Position numbers and translations under genes: made by a program | In this document: piece after piece, positions 37,185 through 47,377 of the stretch | How positions within the stretch are numbered: position 1 is the stretch's first letter | Layout: each line of letters begins with the position of its first letter | Notes under the pieces: generated by a model | Seen by the model: only the letters and a program-made list of their open reading frames with translations | Databases searched by the model: none | Told to the model about the DNA's origin: nothing | Assembly (NCBI GenBank): GCA_963668675.2 | Contig: CAXXMB010000002.1 | Coordinates: 1,152,001 to 1,216,000 of the forward strand | DNA: 64,000 nt | Direction of reading: 5' to 3' | Source: an uncultured Desulfatitalea sp. | Lineage (GTDB): Bacteria; Desulfobacterota; Desulfobacteria; Desulfobacterales; Desulfosarcinaceae

Positions 37185-38622
37185 CTTCGATGCCGGACAG
37201 CTTCTTGGCGGCCCTCTTCTTCTCAGCCAGATTGGCCAGTCTTGAAATCATAATGCGCTGGGCCTGGGGCGAACCGGCGCCGTGCATGGACTCGGTGAGG
37301 TACCCCACCGCTGCTGTCCCCAAGGTCAGGTTTTCAATCAAGCGCAGAATCCGCATGCGGTTCATGGTGGGCACATCGCAGTCGCCCGCATAGTACTTCT
37401 CCAGCCATTTGCCGGTCGTGGGAGACTTGAAATCATCTTCGGCCGGCATGGTGACCATGAGACCGCCGGCAAGGTCCTGGGCCAGACGGGCGATCTCATA
37501 GGGGAAACGCGTCACGTTCTGCTTGTGCACATTGGCCAGGAGTTTATCGACCACATAGGTGCCGCTCGGCTCCTTGTGGCCTTCGCTGGCGCACGAGATG
37601 CAACCGCAGTAAAGGGTCTCGTTGAGGTGATTCATCTCGATGATTTTGTCTTTGACATGGGAGGCCCGCTCGGCGCCGTTATACTCGGCAGCCGTCTGGG
37701 CGGCGCCGATAAGCACATCGCCGACCCCCACTTTGCAGGCATAACTTTGGCGGTGATAGGAGGCGAAGTTCTCCACCAGGCTGCCGGCGAACTCATACTC
37801 CTTGTACATGAAGATACGATCCCAGGGCACGAAAACATCCTCGAAGACCACCAGGGCCTCGTGCCCCCCGAAAACCGGGTTGCCGCGATCCAACAGGCCG
37901 GCTTCGAGTTTGCGGGTGTCGCACGACTGGCGCCCCATAATATAGATGATGCCCTTGGCGTCGCTGGGCAGCGCAAACGAGACCGCATAGTCCTTGTCCT
38001 CTTCGCGCATGGCGATGGTGGGCATGACGATGATCTCATGGGAGTTGACCGCGCCGGTTTGGTGGGCCTTGGCGCCGCGTACCACTATGCCGTCCTCGCG
38101 CTCCTCTACAACGTGGAGAAAAAGGTCGGGATCGGCCTGTTTATGGGGCGGCAGGCTGCGGTTACCTTTGGGGTCGGTCATGGCGCCGTCACAGGTCAGG
38201 TCGTTCTCCTGCACGAAGGTGAGGTAGTCGATGAACCGTTTGTAGTATTGGGTGCCGTGGGCCTTGTCGATGTCGAACGTCACAATGGAGAGTGCATTGA
38301 GCGCATCCATGCCCACGCAGCGCTGGAAGCAGCACCCCGTGGATCGGCCCAGCAGGCGCCCCATCTTGCTCTTCTTGACCAGGTCTTCGACATTCTGATG
38401 AATATGGGTAAAACGATTGATGCGTTTGCCGGAAAGATGGGATGTCGCGGTCATGATGTCTTCATGCTCGGGCTGAAGGGCCAACTCGTATGTCTTGGCC
38501 ACCGCATTCATGGAGGGGCGAATGATTGGATCGTCCACCACATTTTCAACCCGCTTGCCGAACTGGTAAACCTCAAGGTTCAAACGGCGCAAGCTCTCTT
38601 CATATTCCTGGGGGGTCATCAT
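37177..38622 (-). CDS. abfD: 4-hydroxybutyryl-CoA dehydratase / vinylacetyl-CoA isomerase
   Basis: CFQRCVGMD, AMTDPKG.R, GAKAHQTG, HRQSYACK, ESMHGAGSPQAQ; [4Fe-4S] ligands present. Confidence 0.92.
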   Translation of the reverse strand: MMTPQEYEESLRRLNLEVYQFGKRVENVVDDPIIRPSMNAVAKTYELALQPEHEDIMTATSHLSGKRINRFTHIHQNVEDLVKKSKMGRLLGRSTGCCFQRCVGMDALNALSIVTFDIDKAHGTQYYKRFIDYLTFVQENDLTCDGAMTDPKGNRSLPPHKQADPDLFLHVVEEREDGIVVRGAKAHQTGAVNSHEIIVMPTIAMREEDKDYAVSFALPSDAKGIIYIMGRQSCDTRKLEAGLLDRGNPVFGGHEALVVFEDVFVPWDRIFMYKEYEFAGSLVENFASYHRQSYACKVGVGDVLIGAAQTAAEYNGAERASHVKDKIIEMNHLNETLYCGCISCASEGHKEPSGTYVVDKLLANVHKQNVTRFPYEIARLAQDLAGGLMVTMPAEDDFKSPTTGKWLEKYYAGDCDVPTMNRMRILRLIENLTLGTAAVGYLTESMHGAGSPQAQRIMISRLANLAEKKRAAKKLSGIEDE

Positions 38623-38686
38623 GGCCAGATATCGCCTTTCTATAATTATATCAATACATTATTAAATTTCTCCCGGTAAAGATTAC

Positions 38687-38716
38687 ACTATAGGGGGAAA
38701 TGCTTCGGTGTGTCAA
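38687..38716 (-). promoter_or_regulatory. sigma70 promoter upstream of abfD
   Basis: TTGACA-N18-TATAGT. Confidence 0.65.
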
Positions 38717-38840
38717 GGAAAGTGGGAACGGCCAGGAACCCAACGAGGGGCAACCACAGGAGCTGCCCCCATATCCCCTAAGTTAATGGCATTGATTTTT
38801 AACTCCCGGCAAAGCGGGGATACGACGTCTTCTGCAGTTG

Positions 38841-39611
38841 CTATTTCTTGCGCCGGGCAGCAGCCAGCTGGGCCTGCAGGGCATCGATGCGCTCGTGATT
38901 GTCCTCCGAACCGATATAGCTCCTGAAGAGCCACTCCTGCAGCCGCATGGCGCCGTCCAGGTCCTGATCGAGGATCATGTTGCCCAACTGCTTGGTCTCC
39001 TTGAGGCAGCCCCTGTCGTAAGCGGCCATCTCGACGGCGATGCGGTTGACCGAGGTGAGCAGCTCACCCTCTGGAAACACCTTGCTGACGTAGCCCATGC
39101 GTTCGGCCTCGTGGGCATCGTAGATGCGCCCGGTCAGGGCGACCTCCTTGGCTCTTCCCAGTCCGATAATGCGCCAGAGCGGGTCCATGATGGGCGTCAG
39201 GGAGAGCACGATCTCCCGCTGCCCGAACTTGGCCCTTTCCGAAGCGTAGCGGATATCGCACATCATGGTCAGGTCGAAGCCACCAGCAATGGCCGCGCCG
39301 CCCACGGCACAGATCACCGGCTGGCTACAGAAGAGAATCGCACGATAGGCGCGGTGAAAAAGGGCCGTGTAAGCCTCGTTGGACACTTTCTCCAGCTTGC
39401 GAATCTCGTTGAGATCGAAGCCGGCCGAAAAGTATCGTTCGCCGCCGGTGAGAACAATCACGTGAACGTCGTCCCTGGCACTCAACTCGTTGAACAACGC
39501 TTCAACCTCGACCAGCACTTCCGGGGAGAGGCTGTTGCCCTTATCCGGCCGGTGGATCGTCACCGTCGCCACCCTGGACGCTACCGAGAGTTGCAGATGT
39601 TGGATTTCCAT
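38841..39611 (-). CDS. enoyl-CoA hydratase/isomerase family protein
   Basis: FSAGFDL, PVICAVGG.AIAGGFD, CDIRYA, FGQRE; first catalytic Glu replaced by Asp. Confidence 0.88.
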   Translation of the reverse strand: MEIQHLQLSVASRVATVTIHRPDKGNSLSPEVLVEVEALFNELSARDDVHVIVLTGGERYFSAGFDLNEIRKLEKVSNEAYTALFHRAYRAILFCSQPVICAVGGAAIAGGFDLTMMCDIRYASERAKFGQREIVLSLTPIMDPLWRIIGLGRAKEVALTGRIYDAHEAERMGYVSKVFPEGELLTSVNRIAVEMAAYDRGCLKETKQLGNMILDQDLDGAMRLQEWLFRSYIGSEDNHERIDALQAQLAAARRKK

Positions 39612-39772
39612 GAATCGTCTCCTTTTGTTAGAACCGCACCCGGCGGTCGATCAATATCGTTTCCAGAGTCAACACCCCCGATTCGCCAAACGCAGACCGC
39701 CCGATCCGGTCGGAATCTCCGGTGGATCGGGCGGCGCAAAGCGATGGTCTTGACAGCGCAGGCTGCAGCTTC

Positions 39773-40645
39773 TTACTTCTTGGTGTAGTCGTACCAGCCC
39801 TTGCCGGTCTTTTCGCCGTAATGGCCTTGAACATACTTCGCCACCAGGCTCGGCGTGGGCAGCTGGGAACGATCACCGGTGGCCTTGAAGGCTTCCATGC
39901 CCATGATGTAGCTCAGGTCGAGACCGGTCAGGTCGTTCAGGCGGAACGGTCCCATGGGGTGTCCGGCGCCGTAAACACACGCCTTGTCGATATCTTCAAC
40001 CGAGGCCACACCCATCTCCAGAATCCATTGGGCTTCGCGTCCGATGGCTTTGAATATCCGGTTGAGCAGAAAGCCATCGACCTCTTTTTTCAGATGGACC
40101 GGCACCTTTTCCAGCTTTTTGCACAGAGCCATGGAGACTTCGATGGTCTCATCGGAGGTATGGGGGCCTTGCACCACCTCGACCAGCTTCATCACCAGCG
40201 CCGGGTTGAAGAAGTGCAGGTTGCACACCTGGCCGGGACGCTTGGTGGCATCGGCGATTTTAGAGCTCACGATAAAGGAGCTGTTGGTGGCCAAGATGGC
40301 GTGCGGTGGGGTAAACTTGTCCAGGTCGGCAAAAATCTTGCGCTTCAGATCCAAAATTTCAAGAACCGCTTCGATCACATAGTCGGCATCCTTGCACGCC
40401 TCTTCCAGACTGGAGGTGAACGAGATGTTTTCCCGGGCCTGTTTGGCCTCATCCGCGGTCAGCTTTCCCTTGTTCACACGGCCGGGCAGGTACTTGTCCA
40501 CGAAGGCCTCGGCCTTTTTCAGGATATCTTCCTTAATATCCGTACAGACCACCTTGAACCCGTGAATTGCGCAGGTCGTGGCAATTTGATGCCCCATGTT
40601 ACCGGCACCGACAACAACGATTTTTTTGACATCCTCGATCTTCAT
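39773..40645 (-). CDS. hbd: 3-hydroxyacyl(butyryl)-CoA dehydrogenase
   Basis: GAGNMG, IEAV.E, LATNSS, HFFNP, GF..NR, GHPMGP, G.KTGKGWY. Confidence 0.9.
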   Translation of the reverse strand: MKIEDVKKIVVVGAGNMGHQIATTCAIHGFKVVCTDIKEDILKKAEAFVDKYLPGRVNKGKLTADEAKQARENISFTSSLEEACKDADYVIEAVLEILDLKRKIFADLDKFTPPHAILATNSSFIVSSKIADATKRPGQVCNLHFFNPALVMKLVEVVQGPHTSDETIEVSMALCKKLEKVPVHLKKEVDGFLLNRIFKAIGREAQWILEMGVASVEDIDKACVYGAGHPMGPFRLNDLTGLDLSYIMGMEAFKATGDRSQLPTPSLVAKYVQGHYGEKTGKGWYDYTKK

Positions 40646-40764
40646 TTCATCCTCCTTATGTAGTGAATAAAGTGGGAAGGAAATCGATGCACCCTATATG
40701 TGAAGCAAGGGGAACGATGATTAATTACCCGCATCCGATAAAAGTATCCGAACGAACGTTCGGT

Positions 40765-40794
40765 TTTATAGCACCACCTCAGCGCAAAGGTCAA
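40765..40794 (-). promoter_or_regulatory. candidate sigma70 promoter for hbd
   Basis: TTGACC-N18-TATAAA with an extended TG. Confidence 0.5.
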
Positions 40795-41016
40795 GGCGAG
40801 ATACGCACCCGGTGTATTGATTTTAAGCCAGTGGCAGGAAGCCGCTATCCCAATCTCACGAATTAAAAAGAACTAAACTTTTCGAGAAGTTGAGTCAATA
40901 ATATAGGGGGACGGTTTCAGGAAACGGCTATTGAAAGCCAAGATGCCCGGACATGGCCCGAAAATGCACGCTGCAAGGGAAGGATCAACGGTCATACAGC
41001 GATATAGGAATGGATC

Positions 41017-43140
41017 ATGATTTTCCAAGGCGATTTAAGCAAATACCACCCGGCAGACGCCCTGATGTTTCTGTCCCAGCTGAGTCTGAACGGCGCCCTC
41101 TCTGTGGCCAACGGCCAGCAAATGATCACCCTTTCATTCAACGCCGGCCGCCTGTTGGATGCCCACTCCGAAGCCGGGGACGAAAAAATGCTGCGGGTGC
41201 TGCGCTTCAGGCAAATGCTCGCCAGGGATCAGGAGATTCACATCAGAAAGGCCCGTTCCGAAACAGGTATGTCAGTCCGTCAGCTGCTGAACGAGCTGGC
41301 TTTCTTTCCGTTGGCCCAGATCAAAAACGCCCTTGAGATTGGCATCAGCGAAGTGCTGCTCGAACTCTTTTTGCTGGATGAGGGTCAGTTCCACTTCACC
41401 GACACCTCCGTCGAACCCGATTCGGCTGGCATCAAACTGGACACGGGCGCGGCTCTTATAAAAGTGTTGTCTCACTCCGACGAGTTGCGTAACTTCGAAA
41501 AAAACATCACGACCCTCGACCGTGGTATCGGTCTGGAGGCATCAACCGACCAGACCGCAGCCCTCTCTCATGAGGAGCGGGTGCTGGCCCATCTGGCATC
41601 CCGTGTACCCAACGTCCGGCAACTTCTCATCAAGACGCCCATATACAGCCATCGGGCCATGCAAATCACGGAGAAGCTCTTGGAGGCCGGCATCCTGTGC
41701 CTGGCGCCGATTGCCGAGAGCGACGGCACACCGGACGTCGCCTCCGCCCCATCAATCGATCCCCTGTTTGGTGCATACAAGCAGGCGTTCAAAACCCTGA
41801 TCCGAACGGATGAAGTACTTAAAAGGGTTGAGGCGGTGATCGGATTCTGCAAAAACTTCTACGACGCCATCCTGATCCTGACGGCCAAGGGGCAGAAGAT
41901 CATTCATTGCAAAATGATCTCTGTCGATAAAGAGAGAAGCATTCATCAGAAGACGATCAAAGGTGTTATCGGGGCCATCGAAGAGGACCCGGTGTTCCAA
42001 GCCGTACACAAAACCGGCATCGGTTTCTTCGGAAAGACCTTCCCCTCGCCACTCATTGACAGAGTGGCTCAGGCACCCCCGGACGGTGAATGTGCACTGC
42101 TTCCCATTGTCAATAAAGCCCAGCTCTCCATATTCTTCTACACTTTTTCTTCGACGCAACACGAAGGACTATCCCCCCACCACTATCTCGAGCTGCTCTC
42201 CTGGATGATATCAACCACCGACAAGGTGACCGGAACCGAAAAGGCGGCAGGCGCTGCCCCCGCCGCGGAAAGAGAGACGCCTCCCCCTCCCGGTGCGGGC
42301 GAAATTGCCGCAAAGCTGGTGGCAAAGATTGAAGAGCTGCCGCCCCTTCCCTCCATGGCCTCCAGATCACTGCAACTGCTTTCGGACCCCGAAACCCCTA
42401 TGGAGACCGTCGAGAAGACCATCGCCCACGACCAAGCCCTGGTAGCCAAGATCATCAAGGTGAGCAACTCGGCCCTTTACGGAGGATATCAGAAAGCGAA
42501 TTCACTCCGGCAGGCGCTCACGCGGCTGGGCGCAAAAACGACCAAAAGCCTTGTGCTGGCGGCATCCACCCACGGATACTTCTTCAAAAAACGCAAGGGT
42601 ATGAAAGTGTGGGGTCCGATTCTATGGCAACATTCAGTGGAGTGCGGCTTTGCAGCCCGTCAAATTGCAGCCATATGCCACTATGAAGATCCTGAACAGG
42701 CATTCATGGGTGGCATCATGCACGACATCGGCAAACTGGCCATGTTAATGGTCGACGATGCGAAGTACATGGAGATCCAGCGGATCAAGATAACCGAAAA
42801 CATCACGGACCTGGCGGCTGAAACCGAAATGCTGGGTTCGAACCACACCGAGCTGGGGCTTCTGCTCATGGAGAAGTGGCGAATGCCCGAAGCGGTCCAG
42901 GCTTGCAGCCGGTTTCACCACACCCCGCACGAGGCAGGCGACCACACTACCCTGGCGGCCATTGTGGCGTACGCCAACCACCTCAGCCACACCCTGGGCA
43001 GCCATCCCCAACCCGAAACGGACGAAACCGTTGCCCTGGCCGACAACCTGATGCGAACCATCGACCTTTCCCCCGAACACAATACCTTACTCATGAAAAA
43101 GGTGCGCACTGACTTCGATAATACTGAACTCATAGGGTAA
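41017..43140 (+). CDS. DUF4388 + HDOD domain signalling protein
   Basis: FQGDL..G.L..F..G N-terminus; LPPLP, DQALVAKIIKVSNS..Y, LWQHS, HDIGK, H.ELG..L.EKW.MP, HH. Confidence 0.85.
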   Translation: MIFQGDLSKYHPADALMFLSQLSLNGALSVANGQQMITLSFNAGRLLDAHSEAGDEKMLRVLRFRQMLARDQEIHIRKARSETGMSVRQLLNELAFFPLAQIKNALEIGISEVLLELFLLDEGQFHFTDTSVEPDSAGIKLDTGAALIKVLSHSDELRNFEKNITTLDRGIGLEASTDQTAALSHEERVLAHLASRVPNVRQLLIKTPIYSHRAMQITEKLLEAGILCLAPIAESDGTPDVASAPSIDPLFGAYKQAFKTLIRTDEVLKRVEAVIGFCKNFYDAILILTAKGQKIIHCKMISVDKERSIHQKTIKGVIGAIEEDPVFQAVHKTGIGFFGKTFPSPLIDRVAQAPPDGECALLPIVNKAQLSIFFYTFSSTQHEGLSPHHYLELLSWMISTTDKVTGTEKAAGAAPAAERETPPPPGAGEIAAKLVAKIEELPPLPSMASRSLQLLSDPETPMETVEKTIAHDQALVAKIIKVSNSALYGGYQKANSLRQALTRLGAKTTKSLVLAASTHGYFFKKRKGMKVWGPILWQHSVECGFAARQIAAICHYEDPEQAFMGGIMHDIGKLAMLMVDDAKYMEIQRIKITENITDLAAETEMLGSNHTELGLLLMEKWRMPEAVQACSRFHHTPHEAGDHTTLAAIVAYANHLSHTLGSHPQPETDETVALADNLMRTIDLSPEHNTLLMKKVRTDFDNTELIG

Positions 43141-43156
43141 CCGATAGCGCACAAAC

Positions 43157-43188
43157 AAAAAAAGGACCCGCGAAAGCAGGTCCTTCTT
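43157..43188. terminator. intrinsic terminator between convergent genes
   Basis: aaaaaaaggacc-cgcgaaagca-ggtccttctt. Confidence 0.7.
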
Positions 43189-43212
43189 ACAAAAGACAAA
43201 GCTAACAACAGG

Positions 43213-44667
43213 TTACTCGACCTTGGTATCCAGCGGCAGGATGCCGGCTGCGATCTTGGCCCGGGTCTCATACGTCTTCAGCGGCGATTCGTGCAGAATC
43301 ATCATCTTCTGGGCTGCCATGGAACCTTCGGCATGCACGGTGGTCACCTCATGGAAAGCCGCCTCGTGGGAGGCCACATGGCGCATGGTTTCGTGAATCA
43401 TGCGCAGCCGCTCTTCAGTGGTGCTGTCGGCCGACCCGCCCAGATAGTGCTCCAGGTAATCGTGAATCTCAGGGTTGTCCCAGTCCCGCTTATCCGGTGA
43501 GGTGGCCAGGAGCCCACCGCCGATGTCTTGGATCAGTTTGACGAACTCGTGATACTTGCTGGCGAAGTGGAGCTTGGCCATATTGGCGATCAGCGGGTTC
43601 GGAACAGCGATATCGCCGTACATGACCGGCTTCATGGCCGCAGCATCGGCCAATGCCCGCAAGGTCTCCACATAGGCGGCAATGTCGGCCAATTTTTCAC
43701 GAATGTGACCGACCTTGAACAGGCCGTTCATCTTGGCCATGGCCACTGCGCAGCCGGCCATCACTTCGACATTGGGCACCTTGTAGCTGATGGCCGTAAA
43801 GCGATGGAAGGTTGCGAATGTGTATGCGATGGCCATGGAGTACTTCCACTCGCCGCACATGAACACCCGATCCCAGGGCACGAACACATTGTCGAAAACG
43901 ATCATGGCCTCGGTCAGCTCGCGCACCGGCCGGTCCGCATGAAACTCCTTGTCCGACCATGGTCCGCGGCCATTGCGACAGATAAAGGTGATGCCTTTGG
44001 TGTTGGCCGGGATGGCAAAGCTGACTGCGTAGTCGGACTCGTTCTCGCGCATCTGACGGGTTGGCACCACCATGATCTCGTTGGCGGCCGGCGCACTGGT
44101 GATATGAATCTTGGCCCCTTTGACGATGATGCCGTCCTTGTTCTTATCCACGACATGAAGGTAGTAATCGGGATGCTTTTGATGCGCAGGCTCCTTGGAA
44201 CGGTCCCCTTTGACACAAGTGATCGCCCCGCAGGTGTGCAGGTCGTTCTTGCGCAGATGCTCCAGAAAGTTCTTGGCGTTCTCTTCGTACTGCTTGTTGC
44301 CCATCTGCTTGGCCACCGCCATGGCAGCATTGAGGCAGTCGGTGCCGATATCTTTGCCGAAGGGCAATCCGCCGGTCTTGCGCATCAATGTGTGGATTGC
44401 CTTGGTGCGATTGGCCAGGTCCTCCGGTGTTTTTGGGGTCACGTAAAAGCGATTGATCGGTTCACCGGTTTCAGGATGCTTGGCGATCAGCAGATCCTTG
44501 GTCGCCTGATCGGCGGTTTGGGCCAACTCATAAGCGGCGCCAATGGTATCAACGGTAAGCCCCAGAACACGGTGCTTGGTGATGTCCTCGACCCGCTCCC
44601 CGCTGATATAGACTTTTCTTCCATCCCGCAAACTCTCCTTGTACTCTTCGACGGTCCTGATTCCCAT
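43213..44667 (-). CDS. AbfD/HpaB superfamily flavoprotein lacking the canonical Fe-S cysteines
   Basis: EEYKESLR, T.VKGDRS, GI.VKGAK.H, VFDNVFVPWDRVF, FHR, HAEGS..AQK. Confidence 0.85.
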   Translation of the reverse strand: MGIRTVEEYKESLRDGRKVYISGERVEDITKHRVLGLTVDTIGAAYELAQTADQATKDLLIAKHPETGEPINRFYVTPKTPEDLANRTKAIHTLMRKTGGLPFGKDIGTDCLNAAMAVAKQMGNKQYEENAKNFLEHLRKNDLHTCGAITCVKGDRSKEPAHQKHPDYYLHVVDKNKDGIIVKGAKIHITSAPAANEIMVVPTRQMRENESDYAVSFAIPANTKGITFICRNGRGPWSDKEFHADRPVRELTEAMIVFDNVFVPWDRVFMCGEWKYSMAIAYTFATFHRFTAISYKVPNVEVMAGCAVAMAKMNGLFKVGHIREKLADIAAYVETLRALADAAAMKPVMYGDIAVPNPLIANMAKLHFASKYHEFVKLIQDIGGGLLATSPDKRDWDNPEIHDYLEHYLGGSADSTTEERLRMIHETMRHVASHEAAFHEVTTVHAEGSMAAQKMMILHESPLKTYETRAKIAAGILPLDTKVE

Positions 44668-44823
44668 AGTGCGCCCCTTTCTGTGATAAAGTGTGTGGTG
44701 GATTTACCATTTGGTCGCAATCGCCAATACGCCAAGCGATATGGCAGACGTCATTGGGCAACCCTGCAGAAGAGAGGAAAGGCCTCAACTGCGTGAGGAT
44801 GTCCGGCAAAGCGAACAATTTTG

Positions 44824-44839
44824 AATATTGTACAATATT
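44824..44839. promoter_or_regulatory. perfect 16-bp palindrome, candidate operator
   Basis: AATATTGTACAATATT upstream of the abfD paralog. Confidence 0.45.
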
Positions 44840-44916
44840 ACAACATAAAATAATAGCGTAAAAGCAGGGTATGAATCACCTGCTCATGGCAGGCGCCTGT
44901 TTCACGTGACATGAAC

Positions 44917-45333
44917 TCAATCTATGACAGGCGAGCCGCAGATCAAGTCTGCGATGGTGACATTGTCGAGTTTTTCAAAAAGGGCATCGGTGGCATCTCG
45001 CCAGGCCAGACGAACGGTACACTTTCCAGCTTTCGGACAGCTATCGGCATCGCGAATGCATCCCACCAGTTCCGACTGCCCTTCGAAGAGCCTTACAACA
45101 TCTCCAAGCGTGATGGTCCCTGCATCAGTGGAGAGATAGTGACCGCCTTTGGGTCCCCGCCGGCTGGCGACCCATCCGACCCGTTTGAGCGTTCGGATCA
45201 ACTGTTCGATATACTTGGGGGGAATCTTCTGTCGATCGGCGATCGCTCTGACTTGAACGGGATTTCGGTCATGCTGCTGAGCCAGCTCCAGAAGAATCCG
45301 CGAACTGTACCTGCTTCGAGTGGAGAGCTTCAT
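44917..45333 (-). CDS. Rrf2 family transcriptional regulator
   Basis: MKLSTRSRY, IA..Q.IP.KY.EQ, SRRGPKGG..L, three Cys (C..C..C). Confidence 0.93.
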   Translation of the reverse strand: MKLSTRSRYSSRILLELAQQHDRNPVQVRAIADRQKIPPKYIEQLIRTLKRVGWVASRRGPKGGHYLSTDAGTITLGDVVRLFEGQSELVGCIRDADSCPKAGKCTVRLAWRDATDALFEKLDNVTIADLICGSPVID

Positions 45334-46004
45334 GTCGAAATCATCTCCTGTAGGGTGCTGCGATCGGGATACGGACGGTTGTTCCTATGGTCGGCACTGC
45401 TCCCTTGGGGGGTATAGCGACCAACGCGCAACGCTTTGACTAGTCCGGCTTCATCCTCTATGCGTTCAGAAAAACAGGTATAGGCATTTCCGAGCGCATG
45501 AATGCCATGGGCATCCGAACCGCCGATTCCCTGCACTCCCAACTGACGCGCAGCTTCACTGGCCCGACGGTTTTCATCCGATTGAATGCTGCCGTTGAGG
45601 GTTTCCACCGCCGCGACGCCCGTCAGTTGCAATACCCTGTCCCCCAGAGGCCTGCCGACCATCCCGGCCTGGTAGGGATGGGCCGGCACTGCAGCCCCGC
45701 CCCTCCGGTTGACCCAATCCACGGCGATCTGCATGGGCAACCCCGGCAGAAGATCTCCCTTGCCCGCCCGCACACCGTAGATCAGCAGGTGTCCCTCTTC
45801 GGCACGGTACTCCAACCCTCTGAAAATAGGGTAGTTCTCCCGTCTCGAAATCTCCTCGAACGGACGGCTCAGGTCGTAGGCGTGGTGCTCTGTAATGCAC
45901 ACGGCATCCAGGCCCAGGTCGCGCGCCCGGCCAACCACCTCCTCTGGTCGAATGGCCGAATCGCCTCCCAAGGCCGTATGAACATGAAGATCGATCTTGA
46001 ACAT
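45330..46004 (-). CDS. PHP domain phosphoesterase
   Basis: DLHVHT, ITEH, GLE..GH, AHP, GGSDAH. Confidence 0.9.
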   Translation of the reverse strand: MFKIDLHVHTALGGDSAIRPEEVVGRARDLGLDAVCITEHHAYDLSRPFEEISRRENYPIFRGLEYRAEEGHLLIYGVRAGKGDLLPGLPMQIAVDWVNRRGGAAVPAHPYQAGMVGRPLGDRVLQLTGVAAVETLNGSIQSDENRRASEAARQLGVQGIGGSDAHGIHALGNAYTCFSERIEDEAGLVKALRVGRYTPQGSSADHRNNRPYPDRSTLQEMIST

Positions 46005-46106
46005 GCTGTATCCTGTCTGGGGTCAGAGAGGTGGCAGGTGCCGTGGTTCCTCGGAATGCAATGCATCCCATCCGCTCCCTGAATCTTTGAAACGGGTTCC
46101 ATCGCA

Positions 46107-46613
46107 TCAGCAGCGATGCGCCTGGGTGCGCTCCTTCTGTTTTTCCATCTTACGTAGTCTGTTTCTCTCAAGGGCCTCTTTGTTGCGCCGGCACGCTTCG
46201 TCCGATTCAAAAGCGACCGGCGGCACTGACTTGGGGCGATGGTTCTCATCCAGGCTCACGAAGGTCAGATAGGCCGAGGCGATATGGCGCACATCGCCAC
46301 TAAGCAAATTCTCGGCCTCCACCCTGACGCCGATCTCCATGGACGAACGCCCGACATAGTTCAAACCGGCTTTCAAGGTTAACAACTCCCCGACAAAGGC
46401 CGGATTGTGGAAATCCAACCGATCTATGGACGCCGTCACCACATTGGCCCGGGCATGTCGGTAGGCCACAATTCCGGCGGTGTTGTCGATATGTTTCATG
46501 ATGACGCCGCCATGCACATTGCCCGCTGGGTTGGTATCTGCCGGCATCACCAGGTATGATACGATCAGGCTGGTCTCTTTGACGTTTCTCTCATCCAAAA
46601 CCACTTCCTCCAT
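46107..46613 (-). CDS. acyl-CoA thioesterase (hotdog, YciA-like)
   Basis: P.DTNPAGNVHGG..MK.ID, VVTASID..F..P, GRSSMEIGV, AY.TFV. Confidence 0.92.
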   Translation of the reverse strand: MEEVVLDERNVKETSLIVSYLVMPADTNPAGNVHGGVIMKHIDNTAGIVAYRHARANVVTASIDRLDFHNPAFVGELLTLKAGLNYVGRSSMEIGVRVEAENLLSGDVRHIASAYLTFVSLDENHRPKSVPPVAFESDEACRRNKEALERNRLRKMEKQKERTQAHRC

Positions 46614-46879
46614 AGCGCCGGGTACGGCTTGTCGCAGCCGTGGTAGGTTATCATTCGAATCGGGTTCGTGGTCCCGGGAGATTAAGTTCCTGCATAGCAT
46701 TTAGCAAGTAAAAATGTCGCTCGAACCTCAGAGATTGCCCTGAACGGGTATCCATTCGTCCCGATATGGGCCTGTGGATGCACCAGAAATGGTATCAAGC
46801 CTCATGGCCAGGCCAAATGTGCCGATATTGAATCCATGAGACCCTATCAATTCGTCATATGCAGATCTCAGGGGATGTC

Positions 46880-47377
46880 ATGAGTGCCGCGTCAAACAGG
46901 CCGCCCACATCGATACTGATCGATATTATCATGGACATCCCCTTCTTTTCCATGCTCAGCGCCAGACAGTTGACTGTGGTGGCCAGGCGGATGAACTATT
47001 ACGAAATAGAGGAGGGCGAGACCCTTTTCAGGGAGGGTGATCCGGGCGATTCGGTCTGCTTCGTAATCAAGGGCGCACTCGATATTTTCAAGGAGACCTC
47101 TACCCCGGGTCAGCAGGTCCATATCGCCACCGTCACCAAGAACAAATCCATCGGCGAAATGGCGGTCATCGACGAATATACCCGTTCGGCCACCGTAACC
47201 GCCCGCAGCGACACCGCCATCGTGGCCCTGACCAAACGGGGATTCGAGGCGATCCTGGAGGAGAATCCCAAAATCGGAGCGGCGATTCTTAAAAAGATCG
47301 CCTCCCTGGTCAGTATGAACCTGAGAAGGACCTCATCGATGCTCGCCGACTATATGCTGGCGCTGCCGATCACCTGA
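46880..47377 (+). CDS. stand-alone cyclic-nucleotide-binding domain protein
   Basis: LFREGDPGDS..F..G, GEMAVID..RSATV.A; no HTH. Confidence 0.88.
   Translation: MSAASNRPPTSILIDIIMDIPFFSMLSARQLTVVARRMNYYEIEEGETLFREGDPGDSVCFVIKGALDIFKETSTPGQQVHIATVTKNKSIGEMAVIDEYTRSATVTARSDTAIVALTKRGFEAILEENPKIGAAILKKIASLVSMNLRRTSSMLADYMLALPIT

Noticed and set aside
39690..39770. Hairpin followed by CGCAAAGC..GGTCT..GACAGC, reminiscent of a c-di-GMP-I riboswitch
   Set aside because: Antisense to the flanking genes and lacks the GNRA tetraloop/receptor; better explained as an intercistronic hairpin (39697-39734)
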